A stretch of 63,559 nucleotides of DNA, counting the filler. It is 7 parts of 7 records of this genome, joined end to end, with 100 filler letters (N's around TTAATTAATTAA, not from the genome) between each part and the next. Parts side by side here need not be neighbours in the genome. Positions count along the whole stretch, not along the records: positions 14,175 to 29,716 come from SRR20825010_100; positions 29,817 to 39,134 come from SRR20825010_102; 5 more parts are not named here. One strand, given 5' to 3'. The notes under the pieces were generated by a model, which worked only from the letters and a program-made list of their open reading frames with translations, was not told the origin of the DNA and did no database searches. The translations under genes were made by a program, and so were the position numbers. Shown here in pieces: positions 29,390-38,052 of this stretch; position 1 is the first letter of the stretch; the number at the start of each line of letters is the position of its first letter.

Positions 29390-29604
29390 GTCTATTATCC
29401 ATTTGTTTAGAGTGATTGAATAAAACTCAATACAAATGAAACTGAATACATCAATGGGTAGTGTACGAACTTTTGAATACGCTTCAAGTGTGTATATTAG
29501 TGACATGAGCGATAAAATTACAATCAATGCAGGAAATTTTCTATAGAAAACATGTTCGCTACCCATTTCCTCTCCGATCTGAGCTCGGTACTGTCCCAAT
29601 GCTA

Positions 29605-29716
29605 GGCTCTGTTGACAAAAGGGATTCCCAAACAGCCTCTGGTATGATTCAAGACTTCTTTTTAGGAGGAAGTTTTGGTGCGTGGCGATTTGTCGGATGC
29701 GGAATGGGCGGTGATC
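29605..29716 (+). mobile_element. IS5-family element, left end and transposase N-terminus (truncated)
   Basis: TA then GGCTCTGTTGACAAAAGGGATTCCC...TGATTCAAG end; AGGAGG RBS; TTG 29675 encodes MVRGDLSDAEWAVI. Confidence 0.8.
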
Positions 29717-29816
29717 NNNNNNNNNNNNNNNNNNNNNNNNNNNNNNNNNNNNNNNNNNNNTTAATTAATTAANNNNNNNNNNNNNNNNNNNNNNNNNNNN
29801 NNNNNNNNNNNNNNNN
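29717..29816. other. Artificial contig linker
   Basis: N44-TTAATTAATTAA-N44. Confidence 0.99.
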
Positions 29817-29870
29817 GCGCTTTCCATCGCCAACCAGGGCCCGCAAAGCGTACTGGCCCTGTTCAGGTAA
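29817..29870 (+). CDS. Flagellin, extreme C-terminus
   Basis: ALSIANQGPQSVLALFR*, the alphaproteobacterial flagellin tail. Confidence 0.85.
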   Translation, partial: ALSIANQGPQSVLALFR

Positions 29871-29958
29871 CTAAATCCTTGGGGGATCGAGTAAACGGAG
29901 AGATTTTTCGGTAGGTAGTCGCGGGGCCTAGAACGCACGACACCTAACCTCTCCAGAG

Positions 29959-29993
29959 AAGAGGCGCTGCCGTATCCGGTAGCGCCTCTTTTT
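29959..29993 (+). terminator. Intrinsic terminator after flagellin
   Basis: AAGAGGCGCTGCCG-TATC-CGGTAGCGCCTCTT followed by T-tract. Confidence 0.85.
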
Positions 29994-30025
29994 CATCTCA
30001 GCTCTGTCGCTCTAGCGGCAATGGC

Positions 30026-30796
30026 CTACCACTCCACATAACCGCAGAAGTGTTTCTGGTCGGCCTTTTTGGCGCGGTACACCAGTTGGCTGCCACGGCC
30101 ACCATCCTTGGGGCGCAGGATCTGGTTGACCATGAAGATAAGCCGCTTGCCAACACTACCGGTCACGCTATCAAGCTTGATGGTATATTCCGAGTTTGGC
30201 TTAGCCGGGCTTTTGGGCGAAAACGTGCCTGTCCAGCTCTCACTGGCTTTAGAATATTTCATGGTGACCATTTCCGTGGTGGTATCCACCGTGCAGCTTG
30301 CGGAATCGTCCAGCGAGCCAAGGTAGGCCTTATAGTTATCAAGCGTTGGCTCTGTGCAAAACGCGATGGCCGGTGCTGACTGGCTGCGGATCACGATCTC
30401 CTCAAGCCCGGCGAGCTTTTTTTGCACCTTCATCACCTTGATGTGCCGCTCAATATCCTTCACCTCAGGCGCTGTGCACATCGGATGGTCTTGCCACTCC
30501 TCTGCCGTGCGGCTTGTGTACATGCGCAGCAGCATATCGTTCACCCGGTTGTCGCTCTTGCGGGCTGTCACACGCGTCACAAAAAAGCTGCAGTTCATAT
30601 CAAAGCCGTCGTCGATATAAGCGCAGGCTGCGGAAAGCGTGGCCGGATATGCGCTACGCTGAAGCGCCAACTCGTTGATAACAGGCGGCGCGGCACGTTT
30701 TGCCGGTGCGCTTGTTTGTGCGGCTGCTGGTCCAGCCTGAAGGGCCACAGCCAGCAATAGGCCCGCTGCTGTTATACAGCCCAATAGTCGTTGCAT
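30026..30796 (-). CDS. Secreted hypothetical protein with several cysteines
   Basis: Signal peptide MQRLLG...PAAAQ; no family recognised. Confidence 0.7.
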   Translation of the reverse strand: MQRLLGCITAAGLLLAVALQAGPAAAQTSAPAKRAAPPVINELALQRSAYPATLSAACAYIDDGFDMNCSFFVTRVTARKSDNRVNDMLLRMYTSRTAEEWQDHPMCTAPEVKDIERHIKVMKVQKKLAGLEEIVIRSQSAPAIAFCTEPTLDNYKAYLGSLDDSASCTVDTTTEMVTMKYSKASESWTGTFSPKSPAKPNSEYTIKLDSVTGSVGKRLIFMVNQILRPKDGGRGSQLVYRAKKADQKHFCGYVEW

Positions 30797-30889
30797 ACTG
30801 ATTTTCCCCACCCAGAATTTCTATCAAGAAACGGGAGTATACACAGGCGGAATTAGGCTGGCTATGACCCTTTCGGGTTATAGTTTTTT

Positions 30890-31483
30890 TCACAACTGCA
30901 AGGCGATCAGCGCCGCAAGCCAGGATAAGGCACCCGTATACCGGCGTTTTAGCGTCCAGCGGGATAAATTTCCAGTTTTTCCGGGCCTACCAGTTGGTAG
31001 GCTTCGCCGAACCTTGGCCCAGGGAATGCGGCCTCCTGTCTCTCCGTCCTGATGCCATGCGCCAAAAAATAGTATCTCCCTGTCTTCCTTGTCGGGCAGC
31101 AACAGCAGGAGGTCCAGCGTTGGCTGCATGGTGTCAATCTCGTCTGCCTGAATGCGCGCCCGGAAACGCGCCTGAAAGCTGGTGAGGCCCGCGCCCACAT
31201 ATGTGCCGCCGTCAGCCATCATTTCCGGCCAGTAAGACTGCCGCGCACGCAGGAAACCCCGCTCCCTGTCTGGCAGGCGGCGCAGGGTCCACGCTGCTGA
31301 GACAAGCCGTGCTTCCACCACCGGGATCAGGGCTTCCTTGTCCGGTCTGCTACCCCCACAGGAGGTGACAGCGCGGGCGATGTCGCGCGCGGTATCAACC
31401 AAGGCACGACGGCCAGGTCCATGGCCAGAATCACGGCCAGAATCACTGCCAGACCGGGGACCAAGTTTGCTGTGCTGGATCAT
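30890..31483 (-). CDS. Phage-related protein (DUF6362-like, possible late regulator)
   Basis: VEARLVSAAWTLRRLPD...SYWPE...IDTMQPTLDLL...PWAKV...SRWTLKRRYTGAL HTH-like tail. Confidence 0.6.
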   Translation of the reverse strand: MIQHSKLGPRSGSDSGRDSGHGPGRRALVDTARDIARAVTSCGGSRPDKEALIPVVEARLVSAAWTLRRLPDRERGFLRARQSYWPEMMADGGTYVGAGLTSFQARFRARIQADEIDTMQPTLDLLLLLPDKEDREILFFGAWHQDGETGGRIPWAKVRRSLPTGRPGKTGNLSRWTLKRRYTGALSWLAALIALQL

Positions 31484-31576
31484 GAAATTCCTTTTCTGTT
31501 GCGGGCTCTCGTACTGGCCTTGACGCTGGCCCAGCTGCCGGTGTTTTATACTTATGATTGAACTAAGGTTTATTTT

Positions 31577-32533
31577 TTAGCTTCGCCACCGCCATGCCGG
31601 CCCATATTCGTTAACAATTTCAGCCGGGATATTGGCGTTTGCGCTATGGCGGGGGTCCGGACCCAGGCCTGATGCCTCAAACACCGGATGGTCACGCCCG
31701 ATGGCCCAGTTCTGGCTCAGGTAATCCCCCCTGAACCGGCTCTTGGCGTCACCCAGGAAAAGCCGCCAGTCGTCCAAACTGCTGCTATCAAACTTGCGCT
31801 TTGGCGGCGGGGCCGGATTATCCCGCGCGTGAGCCGCACCCTTGTGCACAGCACCAAGCCTTGCGTCCCGCGCTTCCAGAATGGCGGGCGTATAATAGGC
31901 CAGTGTGCCGGGTGCCTTGCCGGTGCGCGCTTCCTCCCGTGCTCTCAGCGCCGTAATGGTGGGGGTGATGTCATGGTCTATGTCGGCGCCCGCAGCCAGC
32001 CATTCGCTCACGACCGTTCGCGCCTTCACCTGCAAACCATCACCATCAAGCCCGGCAGCAGCGGCAGCGGTTTTTACCGCTTCCCTATCTGGTTCTGGAG
32101 TCTGGTTCTGGCTTTTGGTTGGCAGGTTTTTGCTAGTCCCATTGCTAATCCCACTGCTAACCCCAGTGCTAACCCCAGTGCTAGCCCGGCTCACTTTCCG
32201 GGCTTTGGCGCGGCCACCCTTCGCCCCGTTTTGCCGGTTTTTCGCCACACGTTCTTCAACACCCCGGTATACCTCGCTCAGCTTCTTTTGCTGCCAGAGG
32301 CCACCGTCAACGATGAAAAATTCCATCAGCACCGGTTTGATCTTGCGCCACCGGGCACGAGTTACCCCAACGGTGCGCGCCAGTGTCTGGTCACAGTCCT
32401 TGAGCGCGCAACCCCTTGTGCGCCAGGCACACATCAGCAGTAGCAGGTAAGCGCCGTGCTCTTCTGCGGTCAGATGGCGGGTGTCCGCCAGATAGGCGTC
32501 AGTAAACAGCGGCAATGCGGGAAATTCAGCCAT
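31577..32533 (-). CDS. DUF1376/YdaU-family phage replication protein
   Basis: MAEFPALPLFTDAYLADTRHLTAEEHGAYLLLLM...WRKIKP...NGAKGG; GGAGG RBS. Confidence 0.88.
   Translation of the reverse strand: MAEFPALPLFTDAYLADTRHLTAEEHGAYLLLLMCAWRTRGCALKDCDQTLARTVGVTRARWRKIKPVLMEFFIVDGGLWQQKKLSEVYRGVEERVAKNRQNGAKGGRAKARKVSRASTGVSTGVSSGISNGTSKNLPTKSQNQTPEPDREAVKTAAAAAGLDGDGLQVKARTVVSEWLAAGADIDHDITPTITALRAREEARTGKAPGTLAYYTPAILEARDARLGAVHKGAAHARDNPAPPPKRKFDSSSLDDWRLFLGDAKSRFRGDYLSQNWAIGRDHPVFEASGLGPDPRHSANANIPAEIVNEYGPAWRWRS
32131..32186. repeat. Five 12-bp tandem repeats inside the DUF1376 gene (possible iterons)
   Basis: TGCTAGTCCCAT / TGCTAATCCCAC / TGCTAACCCCAG x2 / TGCTAGCC. Confidence 0.75.
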
Positions 32534-32735
32534 GGGCATTTCCTCCAATTGCCGAAGATGAAGGCAAAGCCACAGATGCGCCACATAACTGGCCACACTT
32601 CTGACCACATGTCGGCCAGCGCCAACAGCCAGAGAAGAAAAAGGGCCAACCCTGGCCCTCTTGTTTTATTACCGCTACCGCGCCCGGCTGATGCCGGGGA
32701 CAGCGCGCCGCATGAATATCATTTGACTCTCTCAT
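32526..32735 (-). CDS. Small Cys-rich ORF at the cro position
   Basis: Starts just past the operators and its stop overlaps the DUF1376 start; no recognisable HTH. Confidence 0.4.
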   Translation of the reverse strand: MRESNDIHAARCPRHQPGAVAVIKQEGQGWPFFFSGCWRWPTCGQKCGQLCGASVALPSSSAIGGNAHG

Positions 32736-32745
32736 GTTTATATGA

Positions 32746-32813
32746 TTACGATATTCGTAACTTAATGCAAGGAAAATTACGTTTAATGTAAATTATTTTT
32801 ACACTAACCGTAA
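32746..32813. promoter_or_regulatory. OR-like cluster: three TTACG-N5-CGTAA operators between divergent genes
   Basis: TTACGATATTCGTAA 32746-60; TTACGTTTAATGTAA 32777-91; TTACACTAACCGTAA 32799-813. Confidence 0.85.
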
Positions 32814-32825
32814 TGATGGAACGCG

Positions 32826-33548
32826 ATGCCCAAACAGGAATGGATACGAGCAGCCCTCAAAAAAAAGGGCTTCAAGCTTAAGGACGTAGCGGCGGCGCTT
32901 CATGTGCCCCCGCCGCGTGTTACCGACATTTTGAACGGCAAACGGGAAGTGCAGGCTGATGAGGTGGAACCGCTCGCGGATCTGCTTTCCATGAGCGCCC
33001 GATCACTGCTGCGCAGCCTGCAGGACGGCAAGGCCACCATCGTACCGGGTGACGAAGGCGCACCGCGCGTGCCGGTCATCGGCCAATTGATGGGGGACGG
33101 CACGCTAGCCCCCACCCCCAAAGGGTTGAAGTTCGACAGCGTTGCGCCGCCGCCGGACGCTGAAACCAGCGAGGGGCTGAGCTGCTTCTTGATGGGAGAC
33201 AGCTCCATGGCCGGGCTGATCAGCGAGGGCAGCTTTGTCATCACGGCTGACCCAAAGGTGCATTTTGTGCCCATCGCACCCGGCGGGCTTTATGTTTTCA
33301 AGCTGGCAGACAGCAGACATGTGCTGCGGAAATATATCCGTGACGAAAAAGGCGAAGGCTGGCTTGTGGCTGTGCCGGGGCCAGAGTTTGAAAGCGCCAT
33401 CGGATATGAGATTTTCCGCTTCACCATGCTGCCCGACGGGCTCGCCCCCAAAGGCAAGCTGCTGACAGGTGATGATATCATCGGCGGTGTGATGTGGGTG
33501 CATACCCGCATGCTGGAGCCGGAAGACGGCGCGCGCATAAAGGCCTGA
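32826..33548 (+). CDS. CI-like repressor (XRE HTH + S24-like C-terminal domain)
   Basis: LKDVAAALHVPPPRVTDILNGKRE HTH; VPVIG, GDSSM, LRKY. Confidence 0.85.
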   Translation: MPKQEWIRAALKKKGFKLKDVAAALHVPPPRVTDILNGKREVQADEVEPLADLLSMSARSLLRSLQDGKATIVPGDEGAPRVPVIGQLMGDGTLAPTPKGLKFDSVAPPPDAETSEGLSCFLMGDSSMAGLISEGSFVITADPKVHFVPIAPGGLYVFKLADSRHVLRKYIRDEKGEGWLVAVPGPEFESAIGYEIFRFTMLPDGLAPKGKLLTGDDIIGGVMWVHTRMLEPEDGARIKA

Positions 33549-33579
33549 ATAAGCGCGTGCCGGAAGGCTTGTCTACTCC

Positions 33580-34326
33580 TCAAGGTGCCGGCGGGTTTTC
33601 AGCAATCGCGCGGTTAAATGCTTCCAGCATCAGCATGGTTTTAGGCGTGCGTTTACAGCGCAAGCGGTGCGGTATCTTGAGAAAAGGTTCCTCGCTCAGC
33701 GGCACAATGGTTTTGCCAACCTCCGGCTCGTTTAATTGTGCGAGCTCCCCAAGCGGGATAGCATCCACCCGGCGAGAGCGCAGCATGGCCATAAGCACCT
33801 GAAAAGACGGCGCGTTGATCCGCTCCAGGCCACCGAGAATTGTACGACCGATAAAATCATCAGCCCCATCGATATTGCCAAAGCTGCGCAGGTCATCAAT
33901 CGATTTGAAATCGCGGTCCTTCATCACATAAATCCAGAAAGGGTTCATGTAATAGATATCTGAGCTTTGCTGGATTTCCGTGTTGACGGGAAGTGGCGCA
34001 ATAACGCATCCCACAGGGTCAGCCTGATACAGGCTGATGGCGCGTTTGAGCGGCAGGTAGCGTATCTTCACGCTCCGGCCTGCGTCCTGCATCAACTTCG
34101 CGAATATCTGCTCAGACGGGGAATTCTTCAGCTCAACACTGTCGAAACTGGCTTCATCGCTATAATAGCTGACAGCGCGGTAAAGAGTGATCTGATCATG
34201 GTCAGCCACCTCTTCCGCATACGCAGCAGAAGCCGAAAACCACAACACCACCAGGGCGCAACACATGCCCCACAGGCCTGAACGATAAGCATTACGCAAC
34301 ATCAATATCCTCGATTTATCAGTCAC
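33580..34326 (-). CDS. Periplasmic solute-binding-like protein
   Basis: Signal peptide ending AYA; YLPLKRAI, MLRSRRVDAI, C...FNRAI pattern shared with the two neighbouring paralogs; GTG 34326 chosen as start. Confidence 0.75.
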   Translation of the reverse strand: MTDKSRILMLRNAYRSGLWGMCCALVVLWFSASAAYAEEVADHDQITLYRAVSYYSDEASFDSVELKNSPSEQIFAKLMQDAGRSVKIRYLPLKRAISLYQADPVGCVIAPLPVNTEIQQSSDIYYMNPFWIYVMKDRDFKSIDDLRSFGNIDGADDFIGRTILGGLERINAPSFQVLMAMLRSRRVDAIPLGELAQLNEPEVGKTIVPLSEEPFLKIPHRLRCKRTPKTMLMLEAFNRAIAENPPAP

Positions 34327-34411
34327 ATAACCCCCACGTTCCTGCAAAAAGACTATACCACCCACACCAACAGGCACCAACAGCCATTTGGTATCGCGCC
34401 CGTCAAAATAT

Positions 34412-34463
34412 TTTCGATATTCGTAAAATATGCATTGACAAATAGTTACGTTATTCGTAATTT
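34412..34463 (+). promoter_or_regulatory. OL/PL-like sigma70 promoter overlapped by two operators
   Basis: TTGACA(34435)-N17-TAATTT(34458); operators TTTCGATATTCGTAA 34412-26 and TTACGTTATTCGTAA 34446-60. Confidence 0.85.
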
Positions 34464-34469
34464 CATCTC

Positions 34470-35210
34470 ATCAGCACCGGCAAGCACGGTGCGGTGACGA
34501 GCAGAACCCCGGACGGAGGCGGTTAGTCTTTTAAATGGGGTTTGGAAAACGCAGACAAAAAGCCTTCGCCCCCAATAAGGGCTTCGTCGTCTGCTAGCTC
34601 AAAACCCCCGAAGGTAGTGCATGGATGCGGCCCCTCCCCAATGCCGCAGATGCCAAAAACCCTTCGCGGTTACATAACCGGGCCACTGGCCCTGCAATAT
34701 ACCCTTCACAAAAGGGGGTTATGTATCGCCGCACTGCCCTGACCAGGCAGCTGGCCCCGACATGGCTTTCCCCGCCGCGGCACATCGCCCGGCGGCCCCT
34801 TCCGGAAGCCCGGGGAAAAGCCGATAGGGCCGCGTATGCGGCCACCGGCACCCTTTGCAGGCGAGCCCCCTCCCCCTCGCCTGCAAAGGGCCTTCGGCCA
34901 AAACCTCAAAATATGGAAAAAACACCCGGCCCGTTCCCAAAACCGCCTGGCCAAGCGTCATAGGGGCAGACACATGCCGGTCAGTTGCGGTTTACCCCTT
35001 TTTTTCCGCATCCGAACGCGCAGGCTTTGGTGATAGTGGTTGGCATTCTCCCACCCTTTGGACGCGCCGCTGGACCCAAAGACAGCCCCTGCGACTCTTG
35101 TTCCGTTCGGGCGACTGACCGACAGCCGGGGAGCGTGCATTTGTGCATGATGGACCTCCCGCAGCGTGCAAATTGCATCGCCCCCGGCTTCCTCCTCTGC
35201 CCGCCCGGCA
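34470..35210 (+). ncRNA. Candidate large structured non-coding RNA (may extend to about 35770)
   Basis: Many nested helices with G-U pairs on the + strand directly downstream of the promoter; no credible ORF. Confidence 0.6.
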
Positions 35211-35803
35211 CGCACGTATCGCCAACAACCAACTACCGCTTTAGTTTAGTTTTTTCACTTATTGGTGATGTGGACAGACTTCTCTTTTCACCGCCCGCAT
35301 CCATCAGCAATACTGCCTTCAGGGTCGATGCTTATACCCCATCATCGCAAACATCGGCCCGGCGGCGTCGCAACCGCAACTTGTGGACGCCAGGGGCTGT
35401 GGCTCTGGATTATGGTCGTAGACTGTGTTCATGGCCCGGCCCCCACGCCACGAGGGATCCCTCACACCAGCCCTCAACGAAAAACGGCGCCAAATTGGCG
35501 CCGCTCTCAGGGGGAAACTACTGTACTAAAATGTCTTCGTCGTGCTTGGACGAAAGTCTCGCTTGGTCTGTAACTCGGGCCTTATCTGTGGTGCTTCTCA
35601 ATCTTGGCATTTATGAGCTGTCATCACTCGGCGCCTGTACTTGGCTCTTGTGCTTGGTGCTTTACTCAGAACTTGTGATTTTAGGTAACAGTACCCGGAC
35701 GCCCCCGTCACCGGGGTTGCGATAAACTGCGCCCAGCATGCGGTAAACAGAAGATTACGGTGCTGGGCGGTAAATTATAGAGGGAAGGATTGAAGGCGTG
35801 GGG

Positions 35804-36637
35804 TCAGTCGCCTTCAGGCGGATCGGGGAAAAACCGCGGCGCAACGCCCGCACGCTCAAACAGGTCTTTCATGCCTGTGCGCACGATCTGGTTCTCAAGC
35901 AGCGCGTTCACCACACCCACAAAGGCTTCGTTCTCTGGCGTACGGTGGCACACAATGCCTATACCCACCTTCAGGATAGACAGGTCAGGGTTATACGGCG
36001 GCAGCTTTTCGCCCAAAGCCTCAAACACAAAAATATTATCCGGCAGGGAACCAGACATATAGTCCACCCGGCCTGCGCTCAGCATGCGGGCTTTGGTGGT
36101 TTCGTCTGTTGTCGGGATAAAGACCGGGTCATATTGCCCCAATATGTTAGGCAGCGCAGACCCGTTTGCATAGGCAATGGTCTTGCCTTCAAGCAGCGTG
36201 AAGTCCTGCAACGGTTCCGTGCCCGGCTTGCTGAAGATATGGCTTTCCACAAAAATCAGCGGCAGCGTTTCCACATATTCATGGGCGTTATCAATCTCCG
36301 CCCCGTTCAGAAGATGCGGGATACTGCTGGGGTAGAGGCAACTGCGGCCATGGGCTGCAAATTCCACCTTCGCGCGCTTATAGGGCTGCGGCATATACCG
36401 CTGACCACGCTGCACGCCGGTAAGCGCATATTTTACCACGTCATTATAAAAACCTGTGCCGTCGAGCGCGAGTGTCATGCCCCAACCGGTGCCAAAGATT
36501 GCATCTTCCGGGTCGGTTTCGGTCGCACGGGCGTAATATGAGGGCACCATGAGCAATGCGGCGAGAACAAGCAATAGAGTGCCAGCCCAAAGAGGCGGTC
36601 TTGTGTTTCCACTGCTCGCGATATCAAATGCCGTCAT
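35804..36637 (-). CDS. Periplasmic solute-binding-like protein
   Basis: Signal peptide; DGTGFYND, PYKRAK, CLYPS, MLSAGRVDY, IVCHR. Confidence 0.82.
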   Translation of the reverse strand: MTAFDIASSGNTRPPLWAGTLLLVLAALLMVPSYYARATETDPEDAIFGTGWGMTLALDGTGFYNDVVKYALTGVQRGQRYMPQPYKRAKVEFAAHGRSCLYPSSIPHLLNGAEIDNAHEYVETLPLIFVESHIFSKPGTEPLQDFTLLEGKTIAYANGSALPNILGQYDPVFIPTTDETTKARMLSAGRVDYMSGSLPDNIFVFEALGEKLPPYNPDLSILKVGIGIVCHRTPENEAFVGVVNALLENQIVRTGMKDLFERAGVAPRFFPDPPEGD

Positions 36638-36677
36638 TATATCATCTCTGCATTAAAGCCCCCAGGCGTGCCTTTTG

Positions 36678-37685
36678 TTACGGAGTGTTTGGTGCCGACC
36701 TTTCCACAGCATGCGTGACAGGCGCCTTTGCTGCAAGTTTATCCGCATCCATGCTTTCCCTCAGCCTCAGTGCCTCAATCGCACCAGAGGCGGGCCTCAC
36801 GGCGTTCATCTCGCCCGCAAAAGCTTCCTCATGCCAGATCCCGGCTTCAAACAGCTTGGCGCGGTATCCGGGGTCTGCGTTCATGTCCCGGATCCGCGAA
36901 TTGAGCGCATGGATAAACACAACATTCTCTTCTGAGCGGTGGCACACAAGCGATACCCCAGCCTCCAGAAACGGCATTGCGGGGTCAAACTCCGGCAACG
37001 GTTGCCCCATCGCCGCAAATACAAGCACCGCATCAGGCAGCATGGCGGTCATATAATCAACCCGGCCTGTGAGCAGCATTTGCGCCTTGTCAGCCTCGTC
37101 ATGCACGCTGATGAGCGTAGCGCCAGAACCCCTGAGCACATTTTGCATCACAGACCCTGATGGCACCGCAACGGTTTTGCCGTAAAGCTCGCCCATGGCA
37201 CGCGGCGGCGGGCCGCCTGCGCGCGAGAACAGATGGGTCTTTGTGGTAAAAAGCGGGGCTGTTTCAACAAAATCGTCCCGGTCACTTATATGCCCGCCCG
37301 CATCCAGAACATCGATGGCCGAGGGGTAAAGGCACGCCCCGGCACGGTCGAGGAACCTGGCTTTCGCCCGCTTGTAGGGCATGAGCTGATAGGAAACCCC
37401 GGCCTTCTCATCGCGCAGCAATGCATCGGCCAGCTCGTTATAAAAGCCGGTGCCATCCTGTGCGAGGGTCTGGCCCCACACGGTGGCAAACACCACCCTC
37501 TTCTCGCGCCCGGAAGCCGTTGAAGGCCCAATTTGATGATAAGCATCAGCCCGCGCCTGAACAGCGCCTGGCCCTGAATTCTGTTCTGTAGCCTGCGCTT
37601 CGTGATACGTCAGATACAGAAAGAAAAGCGCGGTCGCCCCCGACCCCGCAACAAACAATTTACGCAACAAATTACTCACCCACAC
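36678..37685 (-). CDS. Periplasmic solute-binding-like protein (tandem paralog)
   Basis: DGTGFYNE, PYKRAK, CLYPS, MLLTGRVDY, LVCHR. Confidence 0.82.
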   Translation of the reverse strand: MWVSNLLRKLFVAGSGATALFFLYLTYHEAQATEQNSGPGAVQARADAYHQIGPSTASGREKRVVFATVWGQTLAQDGTGFYNELADALLRDEKAGVSYQLMPYKRAKARFLDRAGACLYPSAIDVLDAGGHISDRDDFVETAPLFTTKTHLFSRAGGPPPRAMGELYGKTVAVPSGSVMQNVLRGSGATLISVHDEADKAQMLLTGRVDYMTAMLPDAVLVFAAMGQPLPEFDPAMPFLEAGVSLVCHRSEENVVFIHALNSRIRDMNADPGYRAKLFEAGIWHEEAFAGEMNAVRPASGAIEALRLRESMDADKLAAKAPVTHAVERSAPNTP

Positions 37686-37974
37686 CTGTTTACTCTAGGG
37701 GTTTACCTTTTGTACGGTGAGTTTCTCCCCCCGGATCAACAAACCAGCAAACCCCTTGCCTGAAAGGTTGAGGCTAGGCAGGCAAAACCACACGTGCAAC
37801 GGAAAAGCGCGGGGGACGCCCAGAAATATGTGAATTTCCGCATAAATACACGTCATAAACGCGCCAAACGATGGTTATACACCCAAAGCGCGCAGCGGCT
37901 TATCATAAGCGTATGTGCGACACTTATATTTGATATCGATTGCAGAGCTCACGCCGGACGACACGCGCGCCAGA

Positions 37975-38014
37975 ATCAAACACGTATCAAACACGCATCG
38001 AACACGCATCGAAC
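37975..38014. repeat. 11-bp tandem repeat, about 3.6 copies
   Basis: ATCAAACACGT ATCAAACACGC ATCGAACACGC ATCGAAC. Confidence 0.8.
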
Positions 38015-38052
38015 CTAGCGCACGCTCAAACCTGCCGCAGCTCAGCCTCGCC

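Larger units (their letters stand above)
14175..29716. mobile_element. tRNA-anchored genomic island / decayed integrative element with biosynthetic cargo
   Basis: tRNA 3' end, two excisionase-like HTH genes, phage-type Dam methylase, recombinase fragment, AT-richer cargo operon, IS end. Confidence 0.75.

Noticed and set aside
29390-29599. N-terminal TM extension of the Ig-like protein in the ORF track
   Set aside because: Starts at TTG next to the IS junction in AT-rich promoter-like DNA; ATG 29389 with an upstream GGA is more plausible, though not proven.
34542-35725. Overlapping ORFs in the structured region, including the 246-aa 34985..35725
   Set aside because: No RBS, non-ATG or arbitrary starts, Pro/Arg/Ser/Cys-rich composition, no motifs; typical GC-rich shadow frames.
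37975-38014. 11-bp repeats (and the 12- and 15-bp repeats in this contig) as CRISPR
   Set aside because: Tandem units without spacers and no cas genes. No CRISPR array was seen anywhere in the window.
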